This document shows, one piece after another, positions 12,900 through 26,100 of a stretch of 64,000 nucleotides of DNA. The first letter of the stretch is position 1. Each line of letters begins with the position of its first letter. A program made the position numbers and the translations under genes. The notes under the pieces were generated by a model, which was given only the letters and a program-made list of their open reading frames with translations, was not told where the DNA came from and did not search any database. This DNA comes from Phoronis australis (lineage: Eukaryota > Animalia > Phoronida): assembly GCA_002633005.1 (NCBI GenBank), contig NMRA01000499.1, positions 62,001 through 126,000 on the forward strand, written 5' to 3'.

Positions 12900-15658
12900 G
12901 AATTGTATTAGTTTAAACTATTTTCGGAAAGGTTGATGATCGAACCGGCTAACGACGTCGAGTTGACATTGACCAACCTTTTGAACTTTCCATGTCAGAG
13001 GTCACCGTTGAAGTAGTGCGGGAGGTGAATACGGAAAGCATTATTATATGGCCGTATTACTGGACTGATTCAACGCGTATGGAATAAAACGAAGTGTTGT
13101 TATTTGACTTTGCGGTTTCGAGTTAGTAATTTGAGACAATTGTAATTCTAATGAAGAACGCTTTTACAGTAAGAGGCATGGAGCGCGAAAACTCGAAAAA
13201 TAACCTTCTGAACCATGCTCATTCAATACGAAGTTCGTCTATTTCCGTGTGACGTTATCATGTACATTGCTACATATTGTATATTATTAAGCTTTTGCAA
13301 AGTATTTGGCGGGTTTTTAATATTTTTGAATAAATTTAAATACTTAGACAGTCCTACTCGGAAGTTAGGCACTGATATCTTGGCAATCGTTTCAAATGCA
13401 TCTCCCGTCCAATGTATTCAAAATACGTCATAAATCATTTCGAACTAAGAATATGTATGCCACTACGATGACGTCTCGCGGTACAGTGATCAATTAAGGC
13501 TACAACAAACAGAGCTTACGTGTCTCAAAAGTACCATAGCGCTTGCGTTTGACAGATTTTTGTTTAATTGTTTGCCAAATAGGTGAACGTTACGTATGTA
13601 ACTTACGTGCGTAAGTTAATTCTTGTTTGGGTCGTAAGGTAATTATATGCAGCGTAAAGAAATTGTTTGCGTCATAAAGTAAATGTGTGCGGTATAAATT
13701 AATTTTTGCGGTGTAAATTAACTTTTTACGGCCTTCAGTTAGTATATGTGGCGTAAAGTAACTTTTAACGCCTCAAATAATTACTTTAGGCCGTAAAGTA
13801 AGTTACTTTACGCCGTAAATGATTACTTTACACCGCAAATAATTGCTTTGCGCCTCTAACAAGAATCAACTTTCGCGCGTAATTTACCTGCGTAAGGTTC
13901 ACCCACGCGGCCAGCGATATCGTTTTGGTGACTTCGCCAATTTCATTCTGAGTTTTAGGGCAGTGAAAGCGGTATGCCGTGAAAAATTCATGTTCATCGT
14001 TCTGGCTTTCAAGGTAAGTCCGATACGATTGGTTTAAAAGTGTGTTGTTTGGAAACGGGTTTATAGAAATGGCAAGAAGCATTTGTATGCCTAAAAAATT
14101 TAAAATTCGCCGCTTGATCGTTTGAATACGGCGTGCTGCGAAGTAGTGGCAAATGGTCACAGTGGAGGGAAGAAGTTTAACCCTTAATGCATATGCCAGT
14201 ATGGTTTGAGGCTATTGAAAAACAGTTTCAGTTCCTTAAAAGAAAAGACAACGTTCCGATTTAGCGGCAAAAAAAAAACGTTTCTCAAGCTCTACTAATA
14301 CATATACATTAAAACGTCGTACGGGAAATGATGAATATTGTATAGAATGAGCATGTTCTAAGCAGATTGTGGCGAATCTATTTCTTGGGGATACTAACGT
14401 GAGATTAATTCACAGAGGCCTCACTAACTGAATTTCATTGCTTGAGCTAATGAAGACATAATGATCTCCAAAATCTCCATCAGATCTAGCCCGTAATGCT
14501 GTGAATGCAGCGTTCACATCTCCTTCGATGAGAAGACTGAGATTAATAAGAATAATAGCATTTTAGACATCATTTTATTCACCTGTTAAATATTAAAACA
14601 TTCATTGGTGTGGGAAATTACTGTACACCAAAGCAGGAAATTGTAAAATGGATAAACATGCATTCGAAATCGTCAATAGACTAAACTTGATGATTTTTAA
14701 CTGTTTGGCTTCTGAAATTAAATTCTTTGTAAAAAGTTCAGTTATGACCATTTTATCCGAAGAAATACGATGAAAATAACAATTATATTACATTTCCGTG
14801 CGTTGCCAAAGAGACACCTGTCACGTGGCAAACCCTTATTCGTTTTTACAAAGCTTCGTTTCGAGTTATGAAAACAAGAAACTTCTCTATCTAAAAAGTA
14901 ATTTCCATTGCCTCCGTTCTCCTGAACACATTTTGGGTAGCCTGGTCAGAGAACGATCTCGGCTCCTCTCCGCGGTCGCTTGTGACTATGGTTTAAGAAC
15001 AATATACTAGACCAATTACAATCCAGCAGCTAACCGCATAACCAATGCAATGCATGGATAAGACATCAGACTAATGTTCACCCACGTAACCATCTAGGCA
15101 TCTACTTAAAATTTTCAGTACAAATTGAAATCCCTTACTCAAAATTAATTATATATAGTGGTTGAACGGCGGAAATTAATGCACAACTTGTCGAGAAACA
15201 AAAATTTGTGAGCACTTAACATTAGCATTAGGGCTTGCTCAGTATTGTCCGTAAAATGCTTAAAATAAAAATAACTTTTCTTCAAAACCTTTATGTTGAT
15301 GCAATTCAGGGTTGAATGAATCTTCCAGCTGTGCTATCTACACCACCTGAAAAAATGGTGTAAAACACAAATTTAATATTATTACGGACTATACAGTAGG
15401 GCGACTTTTGGACCACCTCGAACTTTCGTTGTGTGGTTTTACCCACGTTTTGCAAGTATTGCTCAAGAGTGCTTTCGTTTCGTAAAGGACTGTCTCCTAA
15501 ATAAAAGATTTTCATGAATTCCATTATCGTTTTGTACGAGTTTATTGATAGAAAACCAGTTACGAGAATGAAGAATACATCCAAATATGAACAATATGCG
15601 AATGAAAAAGAATATTGCCGATATGCGCGTATCCACCATCCGAATCTGAGCTTCAAAA

Positions 15659-15847
15659 AATACTGTTCGCATTACAAATTCCATTGTCCATCATGAATAC
15701 CGTTCGCATTACTAATTCCATTGTCCATCATGAATACCGTTCGCATTACTAATTCCATTGTCCATCATGAATACCGTTCGCATTACTAATTCCATTGTCC
15801 ATCATGAATACCGTTCGCATTACTAATTCCATTGTCCATCATGAATA
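15659..15847. repeat. 37-bp minisatellite, about 5 copies
   Basis: Unit atgaataccgttcgcattactaattccattgtccatc. Confidence 0.92.
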
Positions 15848-16002
15848 ACTCATTTTCTCACTGAATAATATTCCACGAAAATTTCCGTTTATGGAATTGG
15901 TGTGAAGCCAAATGCTGCTTTTATCAACAGTCCGAGAGAGGTCGCCCATGCTGTTATGCCAGGATTGTAAAAGTGAACTGCACTTCTATCATGTATATTA
16001 CT

Positions 16003-16159
16003 CAATGGCGGATCCAGGATTTTGAGTTAGAGGGTCCAGGGCAGAATATTAACCAGAATTTTGCCGGTCAGACATTTGCACCCCCGAAATGCCTAATGGA
16101 ATCTGGGATAATTTTAGGGGGGCCGTGGCTCCCTTGCCCCCCCTCCAAATCCGCCACTG
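16003..16159. mobile_element. MITE with CARTGGCGGAT termini and 5-bp TSD (TTACT)
   Basis: ttact|caatggcggatcc ... aaatccgccactg|ttact. Confidence 0.8.
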
Positions 16160-17001
16160 TTACTCGGGGTAGATAAAGTCCACCGATGACCCGGGGACCA
16201 GAGAATTGTGCTATTTGTACACATATTTAACATTAATCTGGGGTGTAGAGTATTTAGACACAAGTTATGTCTGTTATTGGGAGTTCTAAGACGCTGTCCT
16301 GACTGTACTTCCTATGGCGTACTTGCAATTTGGAATTTATAAGAACGATAGGCGGCCATTCCACAGTTGGAAACCAAGCCATATTCTCAAAATTTTGTGA
16401 TATACTGTTTCAAGCTCCAGCTCTGATTATGGTACTCTCAAAACACCCGTTCGCTTTATACGTTTCAAATATTTAAAATTCAAACAGCCCGCGACATACT
16501 TACTCTTGATACCCGTGTCTCGTGCTATAATAGCGGAGTGAAGTGGTAAATTTACACATAAGAACTTTTAAGTGTTTTAAAAAACACTGCAAATTGAAAT
16601 GAGCATCTACGCTTAGTTGACTGGAGACTGAAAATAGTCCCTTCACCAGTTGGGATAATTTGGTTTTTTATTGGCATTCAAAGGTACAAAGGTATGCCTA
16701 ATGTTACCCAATAGGGTACTGTGCAAAAATGTTCACAATAGGCACAATAGAGGTTAGTATACAAAATCAAACAATAATGATGCATGTTCGTTGTTTGCCT
16801 GACTGGCTGGCCGTAATGTATTTTTGTACGGACAAAGGAATTAGGTGAATATGAAACCGACCACAAAAGCTTCACAGCTGGTAACTGAATAGGTTGCTTA
16901 CAGGCTCACATCCAAAAAGCAACACTCGGTGGGCACCTTCATATGACGATTTCGTGAGATCGCTAGTTTACTTCTAGCGTCAAGAAGAACGCACCACAAC
17001 G

Positions 17002-17196
17002 ATGTTGCTGCCACTCGTTCTGTTGAGTTTAGTGGTAGCGTTCAGTGTCGCCAATTCGAATAAAAATCTGTACTTCAACTATGTAAATTCTGTGAAGCAT
17101 GAGCGAAGTGGAGAAGTATTTCACATGAAGAAGTCTGGTAAAGTGGCCGGATTGATTGATCTTGACGACAACGTTGAAAAACACGACGTGATCATG
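17002..17196 (+). CDS. B exon 1: signal peptide and start of pro-region
   Basis: MLLPLVLLSLVVAFSVANS hydrophobic leader; ATG|gtaatt donor. Same 195-nt length and MKKSG-x3-G-x-IDLD motif as C exon 1. Confidence 0.9.
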
Positions 17197-20100
17197 GTAA
17201 TTGATGCTTTGCATTACAAAATGAATTGAGTTTTTTTGTAGAAAAGTAATGTTTTGGACAAAAAATGGATTTTCGAAAAATAAAAGTAAATTTTGAGGAG
17301 AAAACGTTTAATTGTACACATAAATTCTTTTATACCATCTTGCTTATTAGTTTTTTTTAATTGTTCTTTCTTACCGGAAACCCGTTGGAGACCAGGGCCC
17401 GCTCCAATTTCTGACTTAAGTGTAAGATTTGTCTCAACTTTCAAATTTTGAAACTTCCACATCCAGTAAGTTAGTCGAACTTAGGACAAAATTTAAGTCA
17501 AAAACTTAAGACAAAACTTAAGTAAAAAACTTAAGACAAAACTTATTTCAAAACTTTAAGTCAAAAAGTAAAATCAAACTCAAGATCACTTCCTTAGAAA
17601 CGACGGAATTGATGTTTTATCTTAAAATTGGCTTAAATTTAAGATTTGTCTAAGCTAAGTTAATTTTCTTGGAAAGGGCCCCCATTGTATAATTGAATTT
17701 TTTTATCCTGAATGAGTATATGTTACACGTTATTGCATCATTCAAACTTGAACATGAACAGTCGTCAAAACAGTTTCCTTGTCAGTTGCTTTGCTTCTGC
17801 ACGTCTATTTACGACGATTCGACGATGTTTATCGTTGAGCGTGTTTACAGGCAACTTATTTAAACCAGGATCTGTGTTACTGTGTGCTTGTTTTCTACTT
17901 TTTTCGGACTTTTTGTTTCTCTGAGGCGGACCTTTTTGCCCATTTCGCCAAATAGGGGGGGATCGTACGATCCCCCGAGCCCNGGAGGGAATCTCGTTGC
18001 AACATTCCATCTGTTTTATGCATATACGAATATAATTGTAACCAAGAGAAAAATCAATGGTCTAGAGTCCAGTTTCATTAATTTTCCACAGAATAACTGA
18101 AAATATGTGTCCACCAAACTTTTTAGAATATGAAGGCAATTACTCGTTTCGGAGCAATATTGGTTTCTCGGATGAAATGGAAACATGACAGGCCTCAACG
18201 TTTTATCAAAATCGACAAGTTTCTTAACCGAGAGCTTGCTTTAGACCTCTTCATCATTGCTCACCGATAACCGTGTAGTCACTTCCATATTCCAAGCTTG
18301 AGATTTTCCCAATTCTGACTTTACGGAATCTGCTCCAGCCAAGATTTTTTTAAAAAGATGTAATGATGACGGAATTTATTAAGACTATGGAGCCTACGAA
18401 GTGATACGAAACAAAAAACTGCAAGCGGAAACGAGTTACTTACTCGTATCTACTACGGGGACCCCAAAATCACATTAAAGAAAATTCTAGTTAGAATGAG
18501 ATACTAAGTCGTGGGAACGAGTAAGTATCTCGTTGCCACGAGCAACGTAACACGTAGGAACGAGTTAGTTTCTCCGTACCAGACTGGTGCCACCAATGAC
18601 AGTTTAAAAGTCTTAACACTTCCTTTGTGCAAATTAATAGCTCTACGGAATAAGTTCTTGTAGCTCGTGTTTTAACATGGTGCAAAACACGTAGTGTCTA
18701 CTGCTTATTGTCACAGTGGGGGTTCGCCGAATTGCCACCCTTGAGTAACGAGACGTTTTTATAATACATTTCAGGATATAAAATGTGTACGCAATGGAAT
18801 TCGAGTGTATATGGACCCAGAATACAACAACTCTCATGGAATGCTGGGAGGTCACTACGACATCAGACAGGTTTGGTTACCTGGAATGATCGTCCGTTCA
18901 AGGAAGACGTGGAACAATTGCAAATCCATGGTGGATGGAACAGAAATAGACGGAATTTACCAAAAAGTCAAGGCAATCTGGTTCAGCACGGATCACCTGT
19001 TCATTTTTACTGTACCAGCCGGGTAAGTGTTAGTCTATCTGTATAGAATTACAGGCAAGGGTGACATTTGCTAAGTACCGACCAAATGATGAATACGTGA
19101 AGCAAGACAGCTACGTACTTCAGGCAAACGCTTACTGTTTACAGGTGTTTTAAACATCAATATATGAGATGTTGTATAATGTATTACGCACATCAACATA
19201 AGAACAGAAAAACGGTGAAATGTTTACAAAATCAGACTCAGCAGATGGATTTTGTTGTAAGCCAAGTGCCACCGTAGAATTCTTGACACGAGTCATAAAA
19301 GTAGTGCAGCCGAGTTACTGTGGATACATAAATTAAAGACGTGCAATATTCATAATCCAAATTTCAATGGGTGTTGCATAAAAAGTGTTTTTCTTTCCTT
19401 TGTTGGCACAGGCGGCGTAGTCATTACAGTTACCGAAACGGTCGAGTTGCCCAATTGCGCCCGGTGTGCGTGACAACGTAGGATTCTTTTCACAAAATAA
19501 TACCGCTGAGTTAAAGACATGTTGAGCTAATTACTCTCCATTTAAACTTGACAAGATACAACCAATATTTTTAGATTCTCTGACAACTTCGAAGACCTGG
19601 AATACACCGTCCACCACAAGAGAGGAGATTGGACAGGAGTCCCTGATGCGGAGAAGGAAGAGCACAGACATCGCGTCCGCCGGTCAGTGATGACTAACGA
19701 CCAGCTTATTTCGAAATTCACCCAAGGGACGCTAACCCAGTCAATTTTTGAGCCAGGTCATCATCTTTCACTAACCTCCAACTGGGATAGCAACTCAAAA
19801 AAAGTTGATATGAGTGCACGAATAGACACTTCTGAGAAGCAGGTTAAGTTTTACGACCAGTCGCAACAGTCGCAGTACTCTCCGAAGAACAGCAGCAACA
19901 ACTGGTGGGACCTTTACTGCAAGGAATGCTACGCTACACTTGAGGGCGATACATCCACGTGAGTATTCTTTATCAAATGCGCTCGTATTGCTTCGTTCTA
20001 CACACAATTTAGACTACACCTTTACCGTAAATGATTTTTATTTGATGATTTGGGCAGATTATGGAGTTGTAAACCAGTATTTTGGAGTCAACGAATCGCA

Positions 20101-23100
20101 ATATTGACCACGGGTATGGTAACGCTGTTTCAAATTTTGATTCACAATTTAAGCACACGAATATTTGTATGCCAGTGCATATTTCCGTTATCTCTGTCCG
20201 AGCGTCCGGCGTACTGCTTCGGGACCTTAATGAAGCTGAAAACAGGGCTCCCGTTTCATGAAACTATTTTAGACACGCAAAACAATGCTGTCATTCCATC
20301 GCGTGTCACGTTGCGCTTGTTGAACAATGATGTTGATGTCATGCCAACAATCAAACTTGAGACTTTCATGAAACGAAACCCAGACGACCACGAATTTCGG
20401 GAAGATCCATTGAACTACCGCTGTGACAATTTTATTTCTTTTACGGTTGCCTCTGCATCGTCGGAATTTCATAAAATTTAGTAAATGTTTTTATATTAAG
20501 GAGACGACGATACCTTTGTATTTTGGGACGGCATTAACGATTCTGCGCCTCCTAGTGGCTATTTTTTTTAAATTTTCGAGTCTGCTTTGGCGTCCGCCTT
20601 GTTATCTGCCAAACCTCTTGAAGGATCATTAGGGAAATTAGCAGGTGTGTCTCTGATGAAGAGACCGCAGGTGACGTTCATTTTTCCGACGGGTTTGACT
20701 GCTGTGGAGCTCCCTAGTGGGGATTTTGTTTTTTGAAAATTTGGCAGTTGTTTTTTTTTAGCTGACAACAGATGACGAATTTCAAATCAATCCGATGGCT
20801 TGTGGCCTCTTAGAGACAATTTTTATTTTTACGTTTTTCTGTGGTTCTTCGGAGTTCATTGATGGACTTTCATAAATTTGGCAAACAGGTTTTTATTAGT
20901 GAGACAAAATGGCTTCCTATTTTCAGACAGATTTGACACATTCTGCGCCACCTAGTGGGCATTTTAAAAAGTTTCGAGTTTGGTGCTCTCCTCTCTGTCG
21001 CCCAAAATGCTCAAACGATCATAGTGAAAATTCGCGGATGTGTTTCTGAAGAGAATACCGCGGCTACTGTGGATTTTCCAACTGGTGTGACTACCCTGGC
21101 GCCCCTAGTGGCGTTTTTGTGTCTACTGCTGTATCTCCTTAACCCGGTTTTACAAGAAAATTGGCGGATGTGTTCCAATGGAGTTGACAAGGGGTTACAA
21201 CGAGTTTCTAACCAATCCGACAATTGCTGTGCTTCCTAATAACAATTTTAGCTTTTTACGCTTGGTTCTGTAGCTTCAGAATTTACCAATACGTTTTCGT
21301 GCGATTGGGCAAATAATGAATCTATTAAGAAAATGGCAATGTTCCTCCATTTTTGTATGGATTTGATGTATTTGGTGTCCCAAAAGTTAAATTCTAGAGG
21401 TAGGCCAGGCTCAGGGGCAGTTTTGAGGTAAGCGTTGCACGTCGGTTCAGTGAATCTGGTTGTCTTGCATTTGTGAACTTGTTGGGAATGAGAAAAGGCC
21501 ACTTGTCTGGCTATAGATGCACTCTTCAAGATAGCAAACCACTGTTTCTCTTGTGCATTGCTGAGTAGCGACTGAGAAATCGGCAGCGATTTCAGGTAGC
21601 CCTCAAACAAGCCAGAATTACCAAAACAGCTTTATTGTAGATAAAGAAAATAAACACCCTACAAATAAATCATTACAGTACACAAACAATATAATACAAT
21701 TATTACAATACAATATCACAGTCTACGGTCTTACAATAGGTTTAATACTTATCAATTATCTAGACAATCATGTACACAAATAGGTAACCACAAATTAAGG
21801 AACGCATCGAGGATACGATCAATGACACACGATAGTTACTGTACACAAAATATAAATAACATTTTGTATCACACGTACCTGATGTAAACTGATTGACACT
21901 GAGACGGACACAAACTTTTCCGACACCACTGGACAGGTGAAGACTGAACAAATACACCAAAGTAAAACCTTCAACTCAAAACAATGACGTACATATTTCC
22001 AAACTGATTGGCCGATCACTCAAAACAACGACTATGAACAAGTGAAAAGACCAAAATGGTTACGTAATAACACAGAAACATTGCAGAAGCGAAGTACCTA
22101 GGGTGTAATGGTAGCTCACTGGGCCACAATTACAGGTGTGCTTCATAAACATCCAACCACGGTTCAAAGAAGGGCAAAATAGAGAAGCTCTTTTTCATAC
22201 TTTTTTTAAATAAAGCAAAACACACGAACACAAATAGAACACAGGACAAACATAGTACATTGAAAATATCAAACTGTCACATTAATTTCCTATGAACGAC
22301 ACCGCTTGTATTAACAATGCCAATACTTCATTATTTAAATAAAAAATCAACTTGTCAAGCAAGTTTTCACACCTGTGTTAACGATTGAGACATTGCAACA
22401 TTGCAATTAACCAAAAATGAGCAATTTAAGGATGCAAATCAAAAATTGAATGATTTGATAAATGTTCACTAATATTGAACTGTTGGCCTATTGCATGTCT
22501 TAATGAACATGAAATTCAAGAAATTTGTGCCCGGTATTGCTCACAAATTGTTTCAAAAGTATTACTGATGATTGTAAAATAAATTTTTACTTCAATGTGA
22601 AAAGTGTCGTAGGAGGCTAGAGGAAGAAATTGCAGGGGGAAGTTTCGATGGGGCACTTTGGCGAAGTTTAATTCATCTGTTGAAATAACAGTCACCTTTT
22701 TATGACCCTTTCGGTGTGCTCTCTTTGTGATATGGGTTTAAAATCTTTGGCTAAAGTTGACGAAAATTAATCGACAATTGAGGTCTATGTTTGACCTACC
22801 TCTTCCTACCACCTGTCTCTTAGTTCCTACTTTATCATTCCTTTTGTTACCAAGGTAACATCACCCTTCCTATACTGTTAAGAATGATCCTGTTGAAAAA
22901 GTAAAATCATCATTTATTGGGTATAAACATGAAAACGGTCCAGGTATTTGTAATTAAAATTACAGTTTTATATTCTTCCACTAGAAAGTGATTTTATTGA
23001 TATGGAGAAGTAACTTGCTCGTTTAATTTGTTTAATGGTTCATCAAGTCTCTTTTAACATTTAAAAAATGCATTAGACAATATTTTTCATCAATAGTGAC

Positions 23101-26100
23101 TATGTTAACGTAATTTTTCATTAAATTCGTAAGAAAATTTTCAGAAACTTTTGAAAAGTACACATATGAATGAGGTGAAAAACGTCATCTTTTCATGTTA
23201 TGTTTTTTAGGAAGTTGGTAATCAAAAAGCAAGACATCAAGGAATTCAAAGTCGAGGTAAGAAGTGTAGGTTGTATCAATTAAAGCCCAATTATAACGAT
23301 CAATAAGAAAATTACGGAGAAGTTCAAAAAAGGGACTGCAAAATCTTGGGCAGTTAGCGGTGTAAACATGACGATACTACGGAAAATTTGTGAAATATGA
23401 GCGCACGCTGACATAGCTTGTCTACGTCACATGATAACGCAGATTACATGGCTGTCTCGCGGCGAGAAAATTTAGCCAAAATTACGTGTTCTCACTGAAA
23501 GTACAAGGCAAAGTCTTCCTTTTTAGCCAGGTCATAGCGTTACTGAACTCTGCCCTGCGTTACACGTTAAGTGTCAGGGAGCCACATACCCAGAGAGGTA
23601 CGTCCAGTGGGGGTCTTAGAACTAAATTAATCATTTCTGTAAGGCTTCAGAAAGTTTCTTCGACAACATTTCCCTTGAAGTTCTAAATACTGGAAATGGT
23701 CGTTATTTCTTAATTGCACATTCGCCATTGTTATCACCTTGATAAATGAAACATCAGTACACTTCAATTTAGATAAATGGCGTCATCAAACTCAAGCGGA
23801 AGTTCAAAGTTCACACAAAGGGTGACAAGAGTGAGAAGGTTGAAGTTATGATCAGTAGCTCTAAAGGCAAAATCGACATACCAGTGATGATATTTGATGA
23901 CGTTCTTAAGAAAGACGTCATGATGCATCTGAACTATGACTTCGCGCAGTACATCAATGCAAACATAGAATTCGAAGCAGTTCAGTCCAAATTTGAATTC
24001 GACATATTCGAAGAGGGCATTTTGAACATGAGTAAGTACACCTGTTTGCAAATTGACTTTCTGTTTTTGGATTAATCCTGACGATTTCTGATATCTAACT
24101 ACATGGGTAACTATGTTGAGAAACGATTTGAATGGCTCTCACAAATTAAATCTCACCATGGTTTTACAATAATTGTCCCTATCAATCCCTCGATGCAGAT
24201 CAGCATTAGGTGCAACAGCTGACTTTCGAAATAGCCGCGCCATATTGAAATTCACTTACCCGCCAGACGGCGACCGGGTCTTTGGTGGACAGGCGTTCAG
24301 CGCCACCTACAGATCACATGTAATGCGGACGGGAGGTAGTTCCACCTAATGGTATAATCAGCGTTTTAACACCATTGCTGCTATTGCCGGGAATTTTCCA
24401 CTACTGTTCGGTGGGATGTACTGTTGTCTTACGAAAAAGGTAAACATTTTGAAATACCAATGGATGAACAACAAGGACATCATGTTCCATAATTTCGATA
24501 CCAGCAGGTGTCAAACAATTAAAATATAATAAATGAACTGGAACTAGTCAAATAATAGGAGGGAATGACAATGGAATTGATTCCTCTGCTTCTTAATTAA
24601 TTAATCATTAAGTAGTAGTTGAGTTTCTGTCCACCAAATCTGAGTCGTGATCAATGGAAGTCACTTTCGTGCTCTCATTACTCTAGAGAGCGTCAATATG
24701 GAAAGTCGCCTGTTATAGAACCAGGATAACCTGTGGTATTCATGAGGAAGTGGTGGGTGACATTTTCAGCTTTCACTCGGCAATCAGACGGCAGCTTGAT
24801 GATGGATCACCAATACACACAAATCAACACGACAGCTGTGGACCCTGTGTACGACTTTTGGTCTGTTCTTTCGCGAGCCCAAGTGGATTTCAAAACTAAG
24901 GTAAGGAAAAATTCGACGGCAACAATGAATTTGGATACATCTAAAATTATACGATGAGTTTTAGAACTATTTAAATTTGTCAATGGATTTGACTTAACAT
25001 CGACTGGCACAACGCAATACAACGAAACAGTTTCCTACGATAATGGCCTGATACAACGTAACCGAATTTTGAGAACCAGTTTTCTCATCTGAATAACAGG
25101 CATCAAACTGATTCTCAAAATACGAGCAAGTTATATCAGACCGTACTGTACCCTGACTGCTGAACATAAGGGAATGGTACCTGTTACGTGAGTATGGATC
25201 TGAAGTTCAGAAGAATCATAACTAAAACATAGCTATTGCTTGAATCTGTGTCCTAAGTAAATATATAAAGGCTGTTGGATGATATTTGAGAAGCTTGAAA
25301 GTGAAAAAGTGACGTGGAAGACGATGTGAAATTTATCATCGTCCTCTGTGGACTGTTTGACGAGGCGGAGGATGTTATCCGGTTATGGAGCAGCAGTTGG
25401 ATTCTGTTTTTGTTCCAGTCACAGATACAGGCGTGAAAACAAATTACAAGTGTATTGGCTAATGATGTCATATTTACCACACTATTTCACGAGCGGACAA
25501 TTTATTTGCAAGATTTTTGAATAATAATCCATTGGTGTTACAGTTCTACAATTTTGGGGTGTGAAAAAAGGCTTCAGCGCCGTAAAAGAGGTTATTGTAG
25601 CTTACAACTCGAGTAGAACGCAATATTTTAAGAAATAATTTACCACCGATTATAGGTCCCTTATGGCTACATTTGAGCCAAATTTGACGGAAGACAGCTG
25701 ACGCCCACCTTGCCGCTGAGTGGCTGGCCATCCTCTCGCGGACAAGTAATTAAGAATAATCTGAACTCAGATTATTGTTTCTTTCAACAGTTAGACCTTG
25801 ACTTCACCATAAGTTGGGCCGATCAAACTCGTGAAATCGACGGGAAGGAGATTTTCTTATTTCAGCTAGGAACTAACATGAAGTATAAAGTTGGGTAAGT
25901 AGCATAAGCAGCAGCATACCTTAGTATACTTTTATGAAGTTACAAGTCTTCTTAATTATAATAATAAATAATCTGAGGATATTGTACTGCAACAAAAATT
26001 ATCGCGTTGATTATACTTAAATTCGTCGAACTCTTTCCTTTTTTAAAAAAAACTCGTTTCTCAATTCTTAAGTTTTTTGTGTCGATGGCCTCTGGCCCAT

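Noticed and set aside
21420-22900. Possible CR1/L2 LINE remnants on the minus strand (KCKTTRF-like peptide)
   Set aside because: Too decayed to support by eye; needs RepeatMasker or tblastn.
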